41,104 nucleotides of DNA from Faecousia sp. (lineage in GTDB: Bacteria > Bacillota > Clostridia > Oscillospirales > Oscillospiraceae), in NCBI GenBank assembly GCA_045657385.1, contig JAZOSY010000059.1, positions 1 through 41,104 on the forward strand, written 5' to 3'. The notes under the pieces were generated by a model that did no database searches, was not told the DNA's origin, and saw only the letters and a list, made by a program, of their open reading frames with translations. This document shows, piece after piece, positions 24,486-32,968 of this stretch (position 1 is the stretch's first letter; the number at the start of each line of letters is the position of its first letter). Both the position numbers and the translations under genes were made by a program.

Positions 24486-24518
24486 AAAAATAACCAGACC
24501 CGGAGTAACCGGGCCTGG
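24486..24518 (-). terminator. Intrinsic terminator closing the accessory cassette
   Basis: CCAGGCCCGG-TTACT-CCGGGTCTGG-TTATTTTT. Confidence 0.75.
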
Positions 24519-24528
24519 CCGTTTTATT

Positions 24529-24594
24529 TAGTTGTGTCCGGGTATCCTAAGCGGATTCGCTTTGCTCATTTGAGCCGTTCTCCCGGGAGAACTA
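24529..24594 (-). ncRNA. Candidate multi-stem junction RNA
   Basis: Outer pairings TAGTT/AACTA and CCGGG/CCCGG enclose the hairpins GCTC-AAAT-GAGC and AAGCG-AATC-CGCTT. Confidence 0.4.
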
Positions 24595-24598
24595 TAAA

Positions 24599-25105
24599 TT
24601 ATGCGAGTTTGCCGATCTCGCGGCGCATCTCGCGGATTTTGTCCCGCTCTTCGCGGGTGTCGGCGTTGGCTTCCATTTCGTCCAACTCCATTTTCAGCTT
24701 ATTCATGCAATCCTCAAGGGACACATTCATGTCGCGCTTGCTATCAGCGGATCGGGAGTATCTATAGGAGTGTTTATCCTCCATGTAGCGATCCCTGGCT
24801 TCGCTATAGCCGCCACGGTAGGAGCTGCCGCCTTCGTATCTGCTCTGACCGCCCTCGCGGGAATACCGGCCGCGGCTGTCACGGCGTCTTCGCTCACTGT
24901 AGCCTTCGCCCTGGCTATAGCCTTCGTTCCGGCTATATTCAGAATCCTCCAAAGCCTCCTGTAGCATATCAATCTTTAGCAGATTTTTGTATGAGTCGAT
25001 CAGCTTCCATACGACGTCAAGATCGGATGCGGTCTTGATGCCGCCTTGAGATTTCTTTTCCAATTCCTTGCAGATGTGCTCCTGCATTTGGTAGGTATCA
25101 TACAT
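24599..25105 (-). CDS. Hypothetical protein with central Arg/Gly/Tyr/Ser low-complexity region
   Basis: GAGGAGG RBS; RRRRDSRGRYSR motif and GYS repeats between helical termini. Confidence 0.85.
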   Translation of the reverse strand: MYDTYQMQEHICKELEKKSQGGIKTASDLDVVWKLIDSYKNLLKIDMLQEALEDSEYSRNEGYSQGEGYSERRRRDSRGRYSREGGQSRYEGGSSYRGGYSEARDRYMEDKHSYRYSRSADSKRDMNVSLEDCMNKLKMELDEMEANADTREERDKIREMRREIGKLA

Positions 25106-25120
25106 AGTACACACCTCCTC

Positions 25121-25528
25121 TCAGCAGACCCGAACAACGGTAATGTTCGGATTATCCACAAGTACGGGAATTGCGCCGGAATTCTGAACTGCCACATTTA
25201 CGCAGCAACTACAGTACACATCCACATAGTGCTGCGTGGAAACGTTGAAATACTCCTCAACAGCCGCCGGGGTCGCTCTCATAATAGAGCCGCCCAGTAT
25301 TTCGCCATCGTATGTAATGGCAAGAGACACCTCGCCGACCGTCTCACCGGTAGGCACAGCAATATTGCCGGAGAAGCTGACTAAATAACGGCCAGGTTTC
25401 GTCAGGGTAACCTGGGCGCTACCTTCACGGTGGCGCTCTGCGCAACCACCTCTCACAACAGTAGCATTGTATACCACGGACTGGCCAACCGGCACAGTCT
25501 GCGGAATGGTGTTTGTCAATTCAATCAT
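25121..25528 (-). CDS. Beta-sandwich protein, C1q/BclA C-terminal-like
   Basis: QTV..GQSVVY...PGRYLVSFSGNI...NITVVRV pattern; Cys cluster YCSCC. Confidence 0.7.
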   Translation of the reverse strand: MIELTNTIPQTVPVGQSVVYNATVVRGGCAERHREGSAQVTLTKPGRYLVSFSGNIAVPTGETVGEVSLAITYDGEILGGSIMRATPAAVEEYFNVSTQHYVDVYCSCCVNVAVQNSGAIPVLVDNPNITVVRVC

Positions 25529-25629
25529 TGCATTTTCCTTTCGTATAGGGGCGACATTGGCCGCCCCCGGGTAATAACGGTTAATACCGTACATCCCGGC
25601 GTATCTTCACCGGGAAGATACGTATACGA

Positions 25630-26364
25630 TTAGTTGCAACCACAGCCGCAACCGCCGTGGCCCCAGCCATAGCCGAACTGAACCTGTCCGCAGCCGTTAA
25701 CGGGGAAATTAACGGGAGTGGGGGGCTGTACGACATAGGCAGGAGTGGGGCAGTCCGCACCAAGGCGGCGGATCAGCGTTGCGGTCTGTGCTTCCTGATT
25801 GGCAGTAATAAATGCATTCTGTGCAGTCTGAGAAGCCTGGAACTTGAGTGCCTGGTTCTCAGCGGTCAGAGTTGCGATTTTATCATTGGTCAGGAAATCG
25901 AGAATTGCGCGAGTGTTGGTGTTCTGATTTTCCAGCAGATCGCGGGTGTTGCTATTCACAACATTGCCCAGGTCGCAGAAACCCTTGGCCATGTTGAAAT
26001 TAACACCGTCGATTGCTCGCTGGGTTGCGCAGCAGCAATCTGCCAGCTGACGCTCCAAGCCATGGAAGCCGCCAGTGATGGCATTGTTCAGCGCATAGGT
26101 GCTATCTGCCAGGCCATACGTCTGCTGATCCAGCTTAGAGATCAGCGTCTGCTGATCAACCGCTGCGCGGACGTCCGCCTGGGTTGCGCAAGGTGCGCCG
26201 TTTCCAGCGCCGCCGTTGCCGCCGAAACCACCAAAGCCACCACGGCCAAACAAGCCAAAGAGCAGGAAAAGGATGATCCACGCACCCCAGTCACCGCCAA
26301 AGCCGCCGTCGCGGTTGCCTTCAGTCACGGCACGGATATCGGAAAGGGAATAATTGCCGTCCAT
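25630..26364 (-). CDS. Membrane protein: short leader, Gly-flanked hydrophobic segment, long coiled coil with CCC, Cys/Gly tail
   Basis: GGFGGDWGAWIILFLLFGLFGRGGFGG; QLADCCCATQ; C-terminal GCGCGCN; alternative start at 26373. Confidence 0.85.
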   Translation of the reverse strand: MDGNYSLSDIRAVTEGNRDGGFGGDWGAWIILFLLFGLFGRGGFGGFGGNGGAGNGAPCATQADVRAAVDQQTLISKLDQQTYGLADSTYALNNAITGGFHGLERQLADCCCATQRAIDGVNFNMAKGFCDLGNVVNSNTRDLLENQNTNTRAILDFLTNDKIATLTAENQALKFQASQTAQNAFITANQEAQTATLIRRLGADCPTPAYVVQPPTPVNFPVNGCGQVQFGYGWGHGGCGCGCN

Positions 26365-26413
26365 TGAAATCATACTCCTTATAAGATAATATTAAAAACT
26401 GTGGCCACCAGTT

Positions 26414-26617
26414 TCATTTCCTGAACATTCCCATCATTCCGCGCATTTGCTGCGCCATTTGCTGGGCCTGATTAAGTTGCTCCTGGGATATCTGACCGGA
26501 ACGCAACAGTCTGTTGATTTCCTCGTTCGGGTCTTTTCCTCTCATCTGCTGCATGAACTGCTGGAATTCAGACATCATATTATTGGGTCCCAGGGCGCTA
26601 TACAGAGGATTACTCAT
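26414..26617 (-). CDS. Small Gln/Met-rich helical protein
   Basis: FQQFMQQMRGKDP...LLRSGQISQEQLNQAQQMA. Confidence 0.8.
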   Translation of the reverse strand: MSNPLYSALGPNNMMSEFQQFMQQMRGKDPNEEINRLLRSGQISQEQLNQAQQMAQQMRGMMGMFRK

Positions 26618-27029
26618 CGCTTTCTCCTTTCTTCTTGCGGGAAACGGACACTTCCACGGGCGCTGATAGTTCGTCCAGCTTGCCCATTACCTCTTTTTTG
26701 AACGAGGCAAACTCGTCAGCGCTGACAAAACTCTGCGCTTGTGCCGGCGCTGTGGGCCTATCAGCGGCAACCTCGGTATATTCGAAGGTGCGCATTGTAG
26801 GAATTCCACCTGGATCCGCGGATTTCAGATAGAACCGCTGCGTCTCGGAGTCCATCAGCAAAACTGTAGTGCCAGGGGCGACAATCCACGATTTTGCTGC
26901 AGGCTCACCTTGCACCCACATGATGCCGTTGTTTTCTCTCGGCTGATATGGGGGCGGTGCGCTCCGGAGCTGGTTTAGCTGATCCTGGTACTGGTAGGGC
27001 TGTCCGTAATACGGGAAAGGATATGCCAT
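26610..27029 (-). CDS. Hypothetical protein (Tyr/Gln/Pro-rich N-terminus, small beta domain, short coiled coil)
   Basis: AGGAGG RBS; WVQGEPAAK...LMDSETQRFYLKSAD. Confidence 0.85.
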   Translation of the reverse strand: MAYPFPYYGQPYQYQDQLNQLRSAPPPYQPRENNGIMWVQGEPAAKSWIVAPGTTVLLMDSETQRFYLKSADPGGIPTMRTFEYTEVAADRPTAPAQAQSFVSADEFASFKKEVMGKLDELSAPVEVSVSRKKKGESDE

Positions 27030-27054
27030 AAGTAACACCTCCTATGTTTTAGGT

Positions 27055-27135
27055 GGCATTATTATCTCATAAGGAGTATGACTTCAACAGTGCGTTAAAG
27101 TGTTTGTAAAGGTGCAAAAAAGTGATTGGAAAGTG
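27055..27135 (-). promoter_or_regulatory. Cassette promoter: five phased CACTTT-like direct repeats upstream of an extended -10
   Basis: Plus-strand (A)AAGTG-like repeats end at 27092, 27102, 27114, 27124 and 27135 (10-12 bp period); minus-strand TGAGATAAT at 27069-27061; no -35. Confidence 0.65.
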
Positions 27136-27336
27136 TTATAGTTCCCGGCTTATCTTGGCGTTCACCTTGCGGGAAAGCTGCTTGACGGAATCAACTGACC
27201 GGTTCATCCGTTCCGCACAATCTTCCAGCGAAACGTCTTTCAGGCGGAGTCTGAACAGAGTGCATTCGTCCGGCGTAAAGTTGCAAACGGCTTCTAAAAC
27301 ATCCGCCTCAGTCTGCGTAAAGTCACGGATCTGCAT
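27136..27336 (-). CDS. Stand-alone LuxR/sigma-region-4 HTH regulator
   Basis: NFTPDE..LF.LR....SLEDCAERMNRSVDSVK.LSRKV..KI. Confidence 0.8.
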   Translation of the reverse strand: MQIRDFTQTEADVLEAVCNFTPDECTLFRLRLKDVSLEDCAERMNRSVDSVKQLSRKVNAKISREL

Positions 27337-27339
27337 GGA

Positions 27340-27711
27340 TTACTCCTTTGTCCAGTAGTAAACGGGTACTTCTGCGCCGCTATCCCAGGAATCATAATAA
27401 AAGCCATCTTGGACGCACACGACGTGGCCCTCGATGGCTAGAATATATGTTCCCTCCGGATGAGTCCGGCAGAAATCCTCCACAGTAGAATCTTCGTCTT
27501 CGATCAGGTATCTGTGGAAGCCAAGCTCTCGTAGATATTTACCCCAAACATGGTTCGCGCTCGGCATATCGTGGGCGCTCAGGCCATAGGCGGCAAGAGC
27601 GCAGTAAACAATCTGCCACTCTTTGCCGGTTGCCTTGCAGATCGCCCGGACAGTGCAGTCGCCCACACGGCAGTTGCACGGGTTAGGATTAAAATGTTTG
27701 TATTGGCTCAA
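27340..27711 (-). CDS. Putative papain/C39-like cysteine peptidase
   Basis: GDCTVRAI (Cys), GHVVCV (His) and YYDSWD (Asp) in papain-fold order. Confidence 0.6.
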   Translation of the reverse strand: MSQYKHFNPNPCNCRVGDCTVRAICKATGKEWQIVYCALAAYGLSAHDMPSANHVWGKYLRELGFHRYLIEDEDSTVEDFCRTHPEGTYILAIEGHVVCVQDGFYYDSWDSGAEVPVYYWTKE

Positions 27712-28919
27712 TTCTTATCCTCGTTATACTTCTTGGCCGCAGCTCTTGCCTTGGCCGCTTGTGAGCGATCCCATTGCGCAATAGTAATACGATCACGCTT
27801 CTGCTTCAGGTCGTTATCCTTGCAGAAATCATCATACGCCTGGTTCCGCTTTTGGAGCAGAGCCGCCTGTTTCTGATAGGCCGCTTCTGCCATTGCCTTG
27901 CCTTCCGGCGTGCCGGCGCTTTCTACGGCCTGTTGTAGACCCTGGCATTTACGCTTGCTGTCACGGATACGGCGCTCCATTGTCCGCTGGCGCTGCTGCA
28001 GTTCGTACTCTTTCTGATTTTCCTCGGAGTCGTACTGGTCGTACGGATTGAACTCACCGTCCCCAGGTCCGTGCTGGTGCCGACAGTTCGCCCCATGTAT
28101 TCCCTGGACATTTCCCTGGCCGCATACAGAATACGGCGGGAAGCGCGGGTCTCTGCCGGACTTGGAATAGAACTTTCCCTGCCACCATGCGTGGTTGGTG
28201 AAATCCTGCTTGTCGGTCACACGAGCGCCTAAGTGAGACGATACCAGGATAATGTCCCACCCCATCTCATCCATTCGTGCCTCCGTGATTTGGCCGGTGG
28301 CCTGGGATACGCCTGTCCGGATACACCGAAGAGTAGCCGTTTCGATCGTGTCCGTGTGGCCGCTTGGATATGTAACGTATACACCGTTGTCCACAATGCG
28401 ATTGATCGCATCCACAAAGGCTTGGCCATAACCGGAAGCGCCGGAAGAAACCATGTTATAGGCATTATCGCAAGCCGCAATAAACGCCTGCTGGGAAGCA
28501 TCTGCCGTTGTACGAGTAAAGTTAACCCATTCGTCCATAGTCGCCTCGTAGGCCCGCTGCATCAAGCGGATCAGATACGGAGACTCAGTTAGAGGTGTAG
28601 GCGACAAACCCGCTGCGCGATAAATCGCGTCGTCGTAGGCCATTGCCTTCACTCCGGCATCTTCCATAGCCTCGGCGATTTCTTTCTGCATAAGGCCGGT
28701 ATTCTTTGCCAATATTTTCTCAATATCCTCTCGAAGAAAACCAGCGTCTTGCAGCACTTCCAGCTGCCACTTATCGCGTGCGGTTAAAATGTAGTTATCC
28801 CCCCGGTCTAGCCGGAGGGATATTCTTTCCACAATTTGCTTGATTATTTCATCGTGTAGGGTTTCGGCGATGGCCTCGCCGCCTTCGCTCACCCGCAATA
28901 AATATTCAGGAGAAAGCAA
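27708..28919 (-). CDS. Minor head protein (Phage_min_cap2 / A118 gp4-like)
   Basis: MLSPEYL...VSSHLGAR...HAWWQGK...GANCRH...QRTMERRIR. Confidence 0.88.
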   Translation of the reverse strand: MLSPEYLLRVSEGGEAIAETLHDEIIKQIVERISLRLDRGDNYILTARDKWQLEVLQDAGFLREDIEKILAKNTGLMQKEIAEAMEDAGVKAMAYDDAIYRAAGLSPTPLTESPYLIRLMQRAYEATMDEWVNFTRTTADASQQAFIAACDNAYNMVSSGASGYGQAFVDAINRIVDNGVYVTYPSGHTDTIETATLRCIRTGVSQATGQITEARMDEMGWDIILVSSHLGARVTDKQDFTNHAWWQGKFYSKSGRDPRFPPYSVCGQGNVQGIHGANCRHQHGPGDGEFNPYDQYDSEENQKEYELQQRQRTMERRIRDSKRKCQGLQQAVESAGTPEGKAMAEAAYQKQAALLQKRNQAYDDFCKDNDLKQKRDRITIAQWDRSQAAKARAAAKKYNEDKN

Positions 28920-28947
28920 AGATCATACACCACCCCTCTGCGGGAAT

Positions 28948-29115
28948 TTATTCGCTATACTCCACGCCGTAAAGGTCAAACAGGGCCTTTACTTTCTCGT
29001 CCTTGACGATTTTCTTCTGCTGACCTTGGTTCAGCGCATCATAGACGGTCTGCAAGGCATCCTTGGTTTCCTGTTTGGCTGTGGCAACGGCGGTGTTCAG
29101 TTCGTTCTTGGTCAT
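28948..29115 (-). CDS. 55-aa hypothetical protein (not in ORF track)
   Basis: ATGA overlap with the upstream gene; MTKNELNTAVATAKQETKDALQTVYDALNQGQQKKIVKDEKVKALFDLYGVEYSE. Confidence 0.7.
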   Translation of the reverse strand: MTKNELNTAVATAKQETKDALQTVYDALNQGQQKKIVKDEKVKALFDLYGVEYSE

Positions 29116-29339
29116 ACGTCAACCCCCATTTCTTGCAGGGCGGCAATATAGTCCGCTTCGGTTGCTTCGTTGGTGTTGCCCTCGATAGGCTCGTCCGTTT
29201 CGGTGTATTCTCTGCCGCTACCAATAGGGTCAACTGCTTCGGCGTATCTAACACCGTTACGCTCGATCATCATGCCAGCATCGGAGTAAGTGTAATCGTA
29301 TTCCACGCCGTTAATTTCCTTAGTAGTTTTCACAATCAT
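29112..29339 (-). CDS. Small acidic protein, fibre-chaperone-like
   Basis: YTYSDAG..I...GVRY.EAVDP....REYTETD; follows the LRR gene. Confidence 0.75.
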   Translation of the reverse strand: MIVKTTKEINGVEYDYTYSDAGMMIERNGVRYAEAVDPIGSGREYTETDEPIEGNTNEATEADYIAALQEMGVDV

Positions 29340-29351
29340 GCCATTACCTCC

Positions 29352-30323
29352 TTATACCGCCACAATATTGCTTGCGTAGGTTGTCCAGTTGGTTGCCGCA
29401 ATCCACTCGTCATACAACGCCGCAGGAACACGGATTTCACAGTCGATAGGTATGTTACTGAAAGCATTGGCATTAGAAAGGGTGGGAACAACCGTGTGTT
29501 TAGAAAAATCGTAGAATCTAGCTATATAACAATAATCAAAAGCAGCCATTGCTATTGTACTCACGCTTGCAGGTACAATAACACTATACAGCGAAGAACA
29601 TTGTGAAAAAGCAAAACTACCAATGTTTTCTGTGCCGTCAGGTATTGTTACGGATTTAATGTGGTCGCAAGCGAAAAACGCATAATTGTTGAGATATGAG
29701 AACCCCGCAGTCATTAAGACATCCTTAAGTGAGGTGCAGAATCGAAACGCATTGTTACTAAGAGATACACCGTTTCCAATTTCAGCCCTTGTAATAGCCA
29801 ACCGATATGCATTGTTTCTAGTGTCAGCAGCAGCGCTAAATCTCAAAGCTCTGGCATATGTATTCTCGCTTTGTTCACCCATGAATGCCGCTTCGCCATC
29901 CACGGTCAATGTAATCACGTAATCACCTGGCTTGGCGTATTCATGGGTAGGTGTCCACTTAACGCTAGAAATGCTCGTTCCAGTCAGCACATCAGGGGTA
30001 GTGCCGTCACCCCAATCCACGGTTACAGTACCATTGACACCGATGCCCAGCATGGGGGACGTTCTGCCTTCGCTCAAGGTAATCCAAATGTGCGTATTGC
30101 CGTCACCGATCCAACCTTCGCCGCCAGCATCACCGCCGCCACTACCGCCGCCAGCGTTATCGATGGCTTTCTGCAAGAAATATTCCTCGCGGGTTATGGG
30201 AGCGGGAGGAACAACGTCCATGCCGGACATGGCCGCCAGGAATTTCTCTTTTCTTGTAACCGGTGTTAGCCCATCGGCTGATCCGGACAGGTACTTTTCT
30301 TCCCTGGTTATTGCTTCACTCAT
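29352..30323 (-). CDS. BspA-like leucine-rich-repeat protein with N-terminal (P)ITRxExY/FL repeats and a PKD-like module
   Basis: VDWGDG...HEYAKPGDYVITL (PKD); I...AF..C.SL..V.IP LRR units. Confidence 0.85.
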   Translation of the reverse strand: MSEAITREEKYLSGSADGLTPVTRKEKFLAAMSGMDVVPPAPITREEYFLQKAIDNAGGGSGGGDAGGEGWIGDGNTHIWITLSEGRTSPMLGIGVNGTVTVDWGDGTTPDVLTGTSISSVKWTPTHEYAKPGDYVITLTVDGEAAFMGEQSENTYARALRFSAAADTRNNAYRLAITRAEIGNGVSLSNNAFRFCTSLKDVLMTAGFSYLNNYAFFACDHIKSVTIPDGTENIGSFAFSQCSSLYSVIVPASVSTIAMAAFDYCYIARFYDFSKHTVVPTLSNANAFSNIPIDCEIRVPAALYDEWIAATNWTTYASNIVAV

Positions 30324-31724
30324 TTATTCCTCTCCTCCAAACAATGTTTTTTTAGGCTGTGCGTCTTCCACCATAGCCTTTGCATCCTCTTCGGTCATTC
30401 CCTCGAACTTAACGAAGAACTTCCAGGCGGGAACTTTGCCGGATACGACATAACCCCACCAGCGGGATCTGTCCTCTTCGCGGTTGTAGGTGATGTCACC
30501 GAAATCGTATGCGATCTCATAAGTGCCTCCGGGAGCATATCCGTAAAGATCAGCGAATACATTCAGCGCATAGATCAGGCCGGAAATGCAATCTTCCAGC
30601 TTATCGCGTACGTCCTTAATGAACTGGATGGTTCTCTGCTGGTCAGCTTCGACCTGGGTTGCGGTCTGAACGCCGCCGCTCTCATTGAACACAAAGTGTC
30701 CGTTAGAGAAACCGGACTTGTAGCCGATCTGATTCAGCAAGGCATTGATGCCGGAAATACGAACGTCCGTATTCAGCTCGGGGTTGATTTCCTGGTAGAA
30801 CATTTCCTTACCGTCGCCCTGAACGTTCTTCACTACGTCAGGCAGGCGCATCTGTTGTCTTCGCCCTTCCCATGCCTGGGCGGTGTTTGCTACCTTGCGA
30901 CCGGTGGCCAGCAGGGCATCGCTATCCAGCAGAACCGTACGCTTGCTGTCCAGGATTTCCTTTGCATTACGGGAGTATGCGATGTCTAAGTCCCTCAGCT
31001 CCTGGATGGCTTCAGAGAATACCGGCAGGCCATAGGGGGAGTCCAGGTCAATGTTATTCGCCTGGGGCATACGCAACACACCGAAAAGCATTCCGGTCAT
31101 GTTTGCAATATTGGCTTCCTCTGCAAGATCAGCCCAGGGAGTCTGCTTAATATCAATAGCCTTTTTGGTGTCGTCCTTATTTGTGCCGATATAGCACTTG
31201 TTCGTGACCGTGTAAATACCATTCTCGATATGGTGATATTCCAGGCGGGTATACCAATCATCGCCTACCTTCTTCCAGTTGTGGAAAACAATTCCGTCAA
31301 TCTTTCCGTCGGTGTGATGGGTGACTTCGAACTCGTCCGGAGTATATAGCTGGATCGCTTCGCCGTTTGGCTTCATAATTACTGTGCCATAAGCGCATCC
31401 GTACTCGATCCAGTTTCTCAGCTGGTAATATACACGCTCGATCTGCTTCTGCAGCCATTCGGCGCGGGCAGATCCATCTACCTTAATGCCAATACCCAAA
31501 GCGGCAAGGCGTGCCGTCTCGGAGCAGATGGCCTTTGCAAAATTCACGGTGTCAATATGATCTTCCTCGCTGATCCAGCAAGGGTTGCCCTGGTAGATGT
31601 TCATGCACTCATTGATCCACGTAAGCATCTGTTCAGAGCCGATCGGCTCAATATCAAATTCTTCTTTTGCCTTAGAACGCAAAAGCATGGAAAACCACCC
31701 CTTAATTGTTGATAAAATACTCAT
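30324..31724 (-). CDS. Portal protein (A118/SPP1 gp6-like)
   Basis: YTRLEYH...NNID.DSP.G..VF...TATQV...FGD; follows terL. Confidence 0.92.
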   Translation of the reverse strand: MSILSTIKGWFSMLLRSKAKEEFDIEPIGSEQMLTWINECMNIYQGNPCWISEEDHIDTVNFAKAICSETARLAALGIGIKVDGSARAEWLQKQIERVYYQLRNWIEYGCAYGTVIMKPNGEAIQLYTPDEFEVTHHTDGKIDGIVFHNWKKVGDDWYTRLEYHHIENGIYTVTNKCYIGTNKDDTKKAIDIKQTPWADLAEEANIANMTGMLFGVLRMPQANNIDLDSPYGLPVFSEAIQELRDLDIAYSRNAKEILDSKRTVLLDSDALLATGRKVANTAQAWEGRRQQMRLPDVVKNVQGDGKEMFYQEINPELNTDVRISGINALLNQIGYKSGFSNGHFVFNESGGVQTATQVEADQQRTIQFIKDVRDKLEDCISGLIYALNVFADLYGYAPGGTYEIAYDFGDITYNREEDRSRWWGYVVSGKVPAWKFFVKFEGMTEEDAKAMVEDAQPKKTLFGGEE

Positions 31725-32968
31725 GCGCTGTTACCCCTTCTCATGGACAACGGACTGGTCGCATAGCGCAAGGCATCAATAAAATGATCTTCTCCGTCCG
31801 GGTAATCTGCTATAACATCTCCGTTACTGTCCACTTCGTGTTCATAATTGATTATTTCTTTGTAGGCTCTAGGCGTTCGTGCCGGATCAATCACTAGCGT
31901 TCTACACTGCAGCCACTCAAATGTATACTTTCTGCTTCCGGGCGCCACGACTGCTCTCCGAGCGGGCAATCCGGCGTCTCTAAAATCGACAATGCTTTCT
32001 TCTTCGTCCGCGCCGCAGCGGATCTCGTAGTCGTCATAGCCGGCTTCTTGGATCATCTTCGCCATATCTGCGTTCCTGATCTTGCAGCCGCCAAGCTCGT
32101 CCAGCAGCACAATCGTTTCTTTGTTTGGAATGTAGGCTACACGAATAAAGGCCTTTGGATCTGGGAACCAGCCCCAGTCCTGGCCTTGATAAATTCGCTC
32201 GTATCGTTCCACCTCTTCGTCGGTTATCGTACGGATCTCCAATAGATCGAAGATGTTCGTGCCGAGACCTATCGCCTCACCCAAATACTCGTGCCGATAC
32301 GCACGTTCGTTGGTCTTTTGGAGGTGTTCAGCGTCCGCGATAAACTGCTCTCCTAACCATTCCCTGGGTGCCGTAGTGTAGTTGCTTCTATGCCGGTAGC
32401 TGTCGTCTCTAGGCTCACTAAAGTACACATTCGCCCAGTTACTTAAGCTGATCGGCGGGTTAAAGGATTTGAATACCACGAACTTGCTACCGCCTCTAAG
32501 GACGGACTGTTGCACCGTTCTGATCTCCTCGATACCGGCAAACTCGTCCAGCTCTTCAAACCACAGGTACTTGAAATAGCCTTTGCTTACCTTTATGGAC
32601 TTGGTCTTTTTCGCCTTATCCAGGCCACGAAAAATGATCTTTTGTCCGGTGGACTTCTTTACAAACTGCAGCGGGCTCACTTTCGGCTCCCACTCATCCG
32701 TCAGGTTCAGCATATCAATGGCCCACTGTATCTGTTCATAAACAGACTCACGAAGTGTTACGGCATATTTGCGGAACACCACAGCATTTGCGTCCGGGTC
32801 TTTCTCCAGGCCTAAGACGATTTCCACAGATACGGTGGAAGATTTCAAGCTGCCACGGCCACCGGCAAGATCGTAGTAGGTGTGATTGCCTTCTTTGATG
32901 TCCTGGTGTAGTTCATAAAAGCCGGGTGCGATTATATCAGTCAGCTTCACTTGGTTTTGGTATGTCAT
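31721..32968 (-). CDS. terL: Terminase large subunit (PBSX family)
   Basis: GGRGSLKS Walker A, WFEE Walker B, SFNPP, GQDWG, DHFIDALRYA. Confidence 0.96.
   Translation of the reverse strand: MTYQNQVKLTDIIAPGFYELHQDIKEGNHTYYDLAGGRGSLKSSTVSVEIVLGLEKDPDANAVVFRKYAVTLRESVYEQIQWAIDMLNLTDEWEPKVSPLQFVKKSTGQKIIFRGLDKAKKTKSIKVSKGYFKYLWFEELDEFAGIEEIRTVQQSVLRGGSKFVVFKSFNPPISLSNWANVYFSEPRDDSYRHRSNYTTAPREWLGEQFIADAEHLQKTNERAYRHEYLGEAIGLGTNIFDLLEIRTITDEEVERYERIYQGQDWGWFPDPKAFIRVAYIPNKETIVLLDELGGCKIRNADMAKMIQEAGYDDYEIRCGADEEESIVDFRDAGLPARRAVVAPGSRKYTFEWLQCRTLVIDPARTPRAYKEIINYEHEVDSNGDVIADYPDGEDHFIDALRYATSPLSMRRGNSA

Noticed and set aside
24529..24594. Hammerhead ribozyme or c-di-GMP riboswitch
   Set aside because: The conserved cores (CUGANGA...GAAA; the GEMM motif) are not present.
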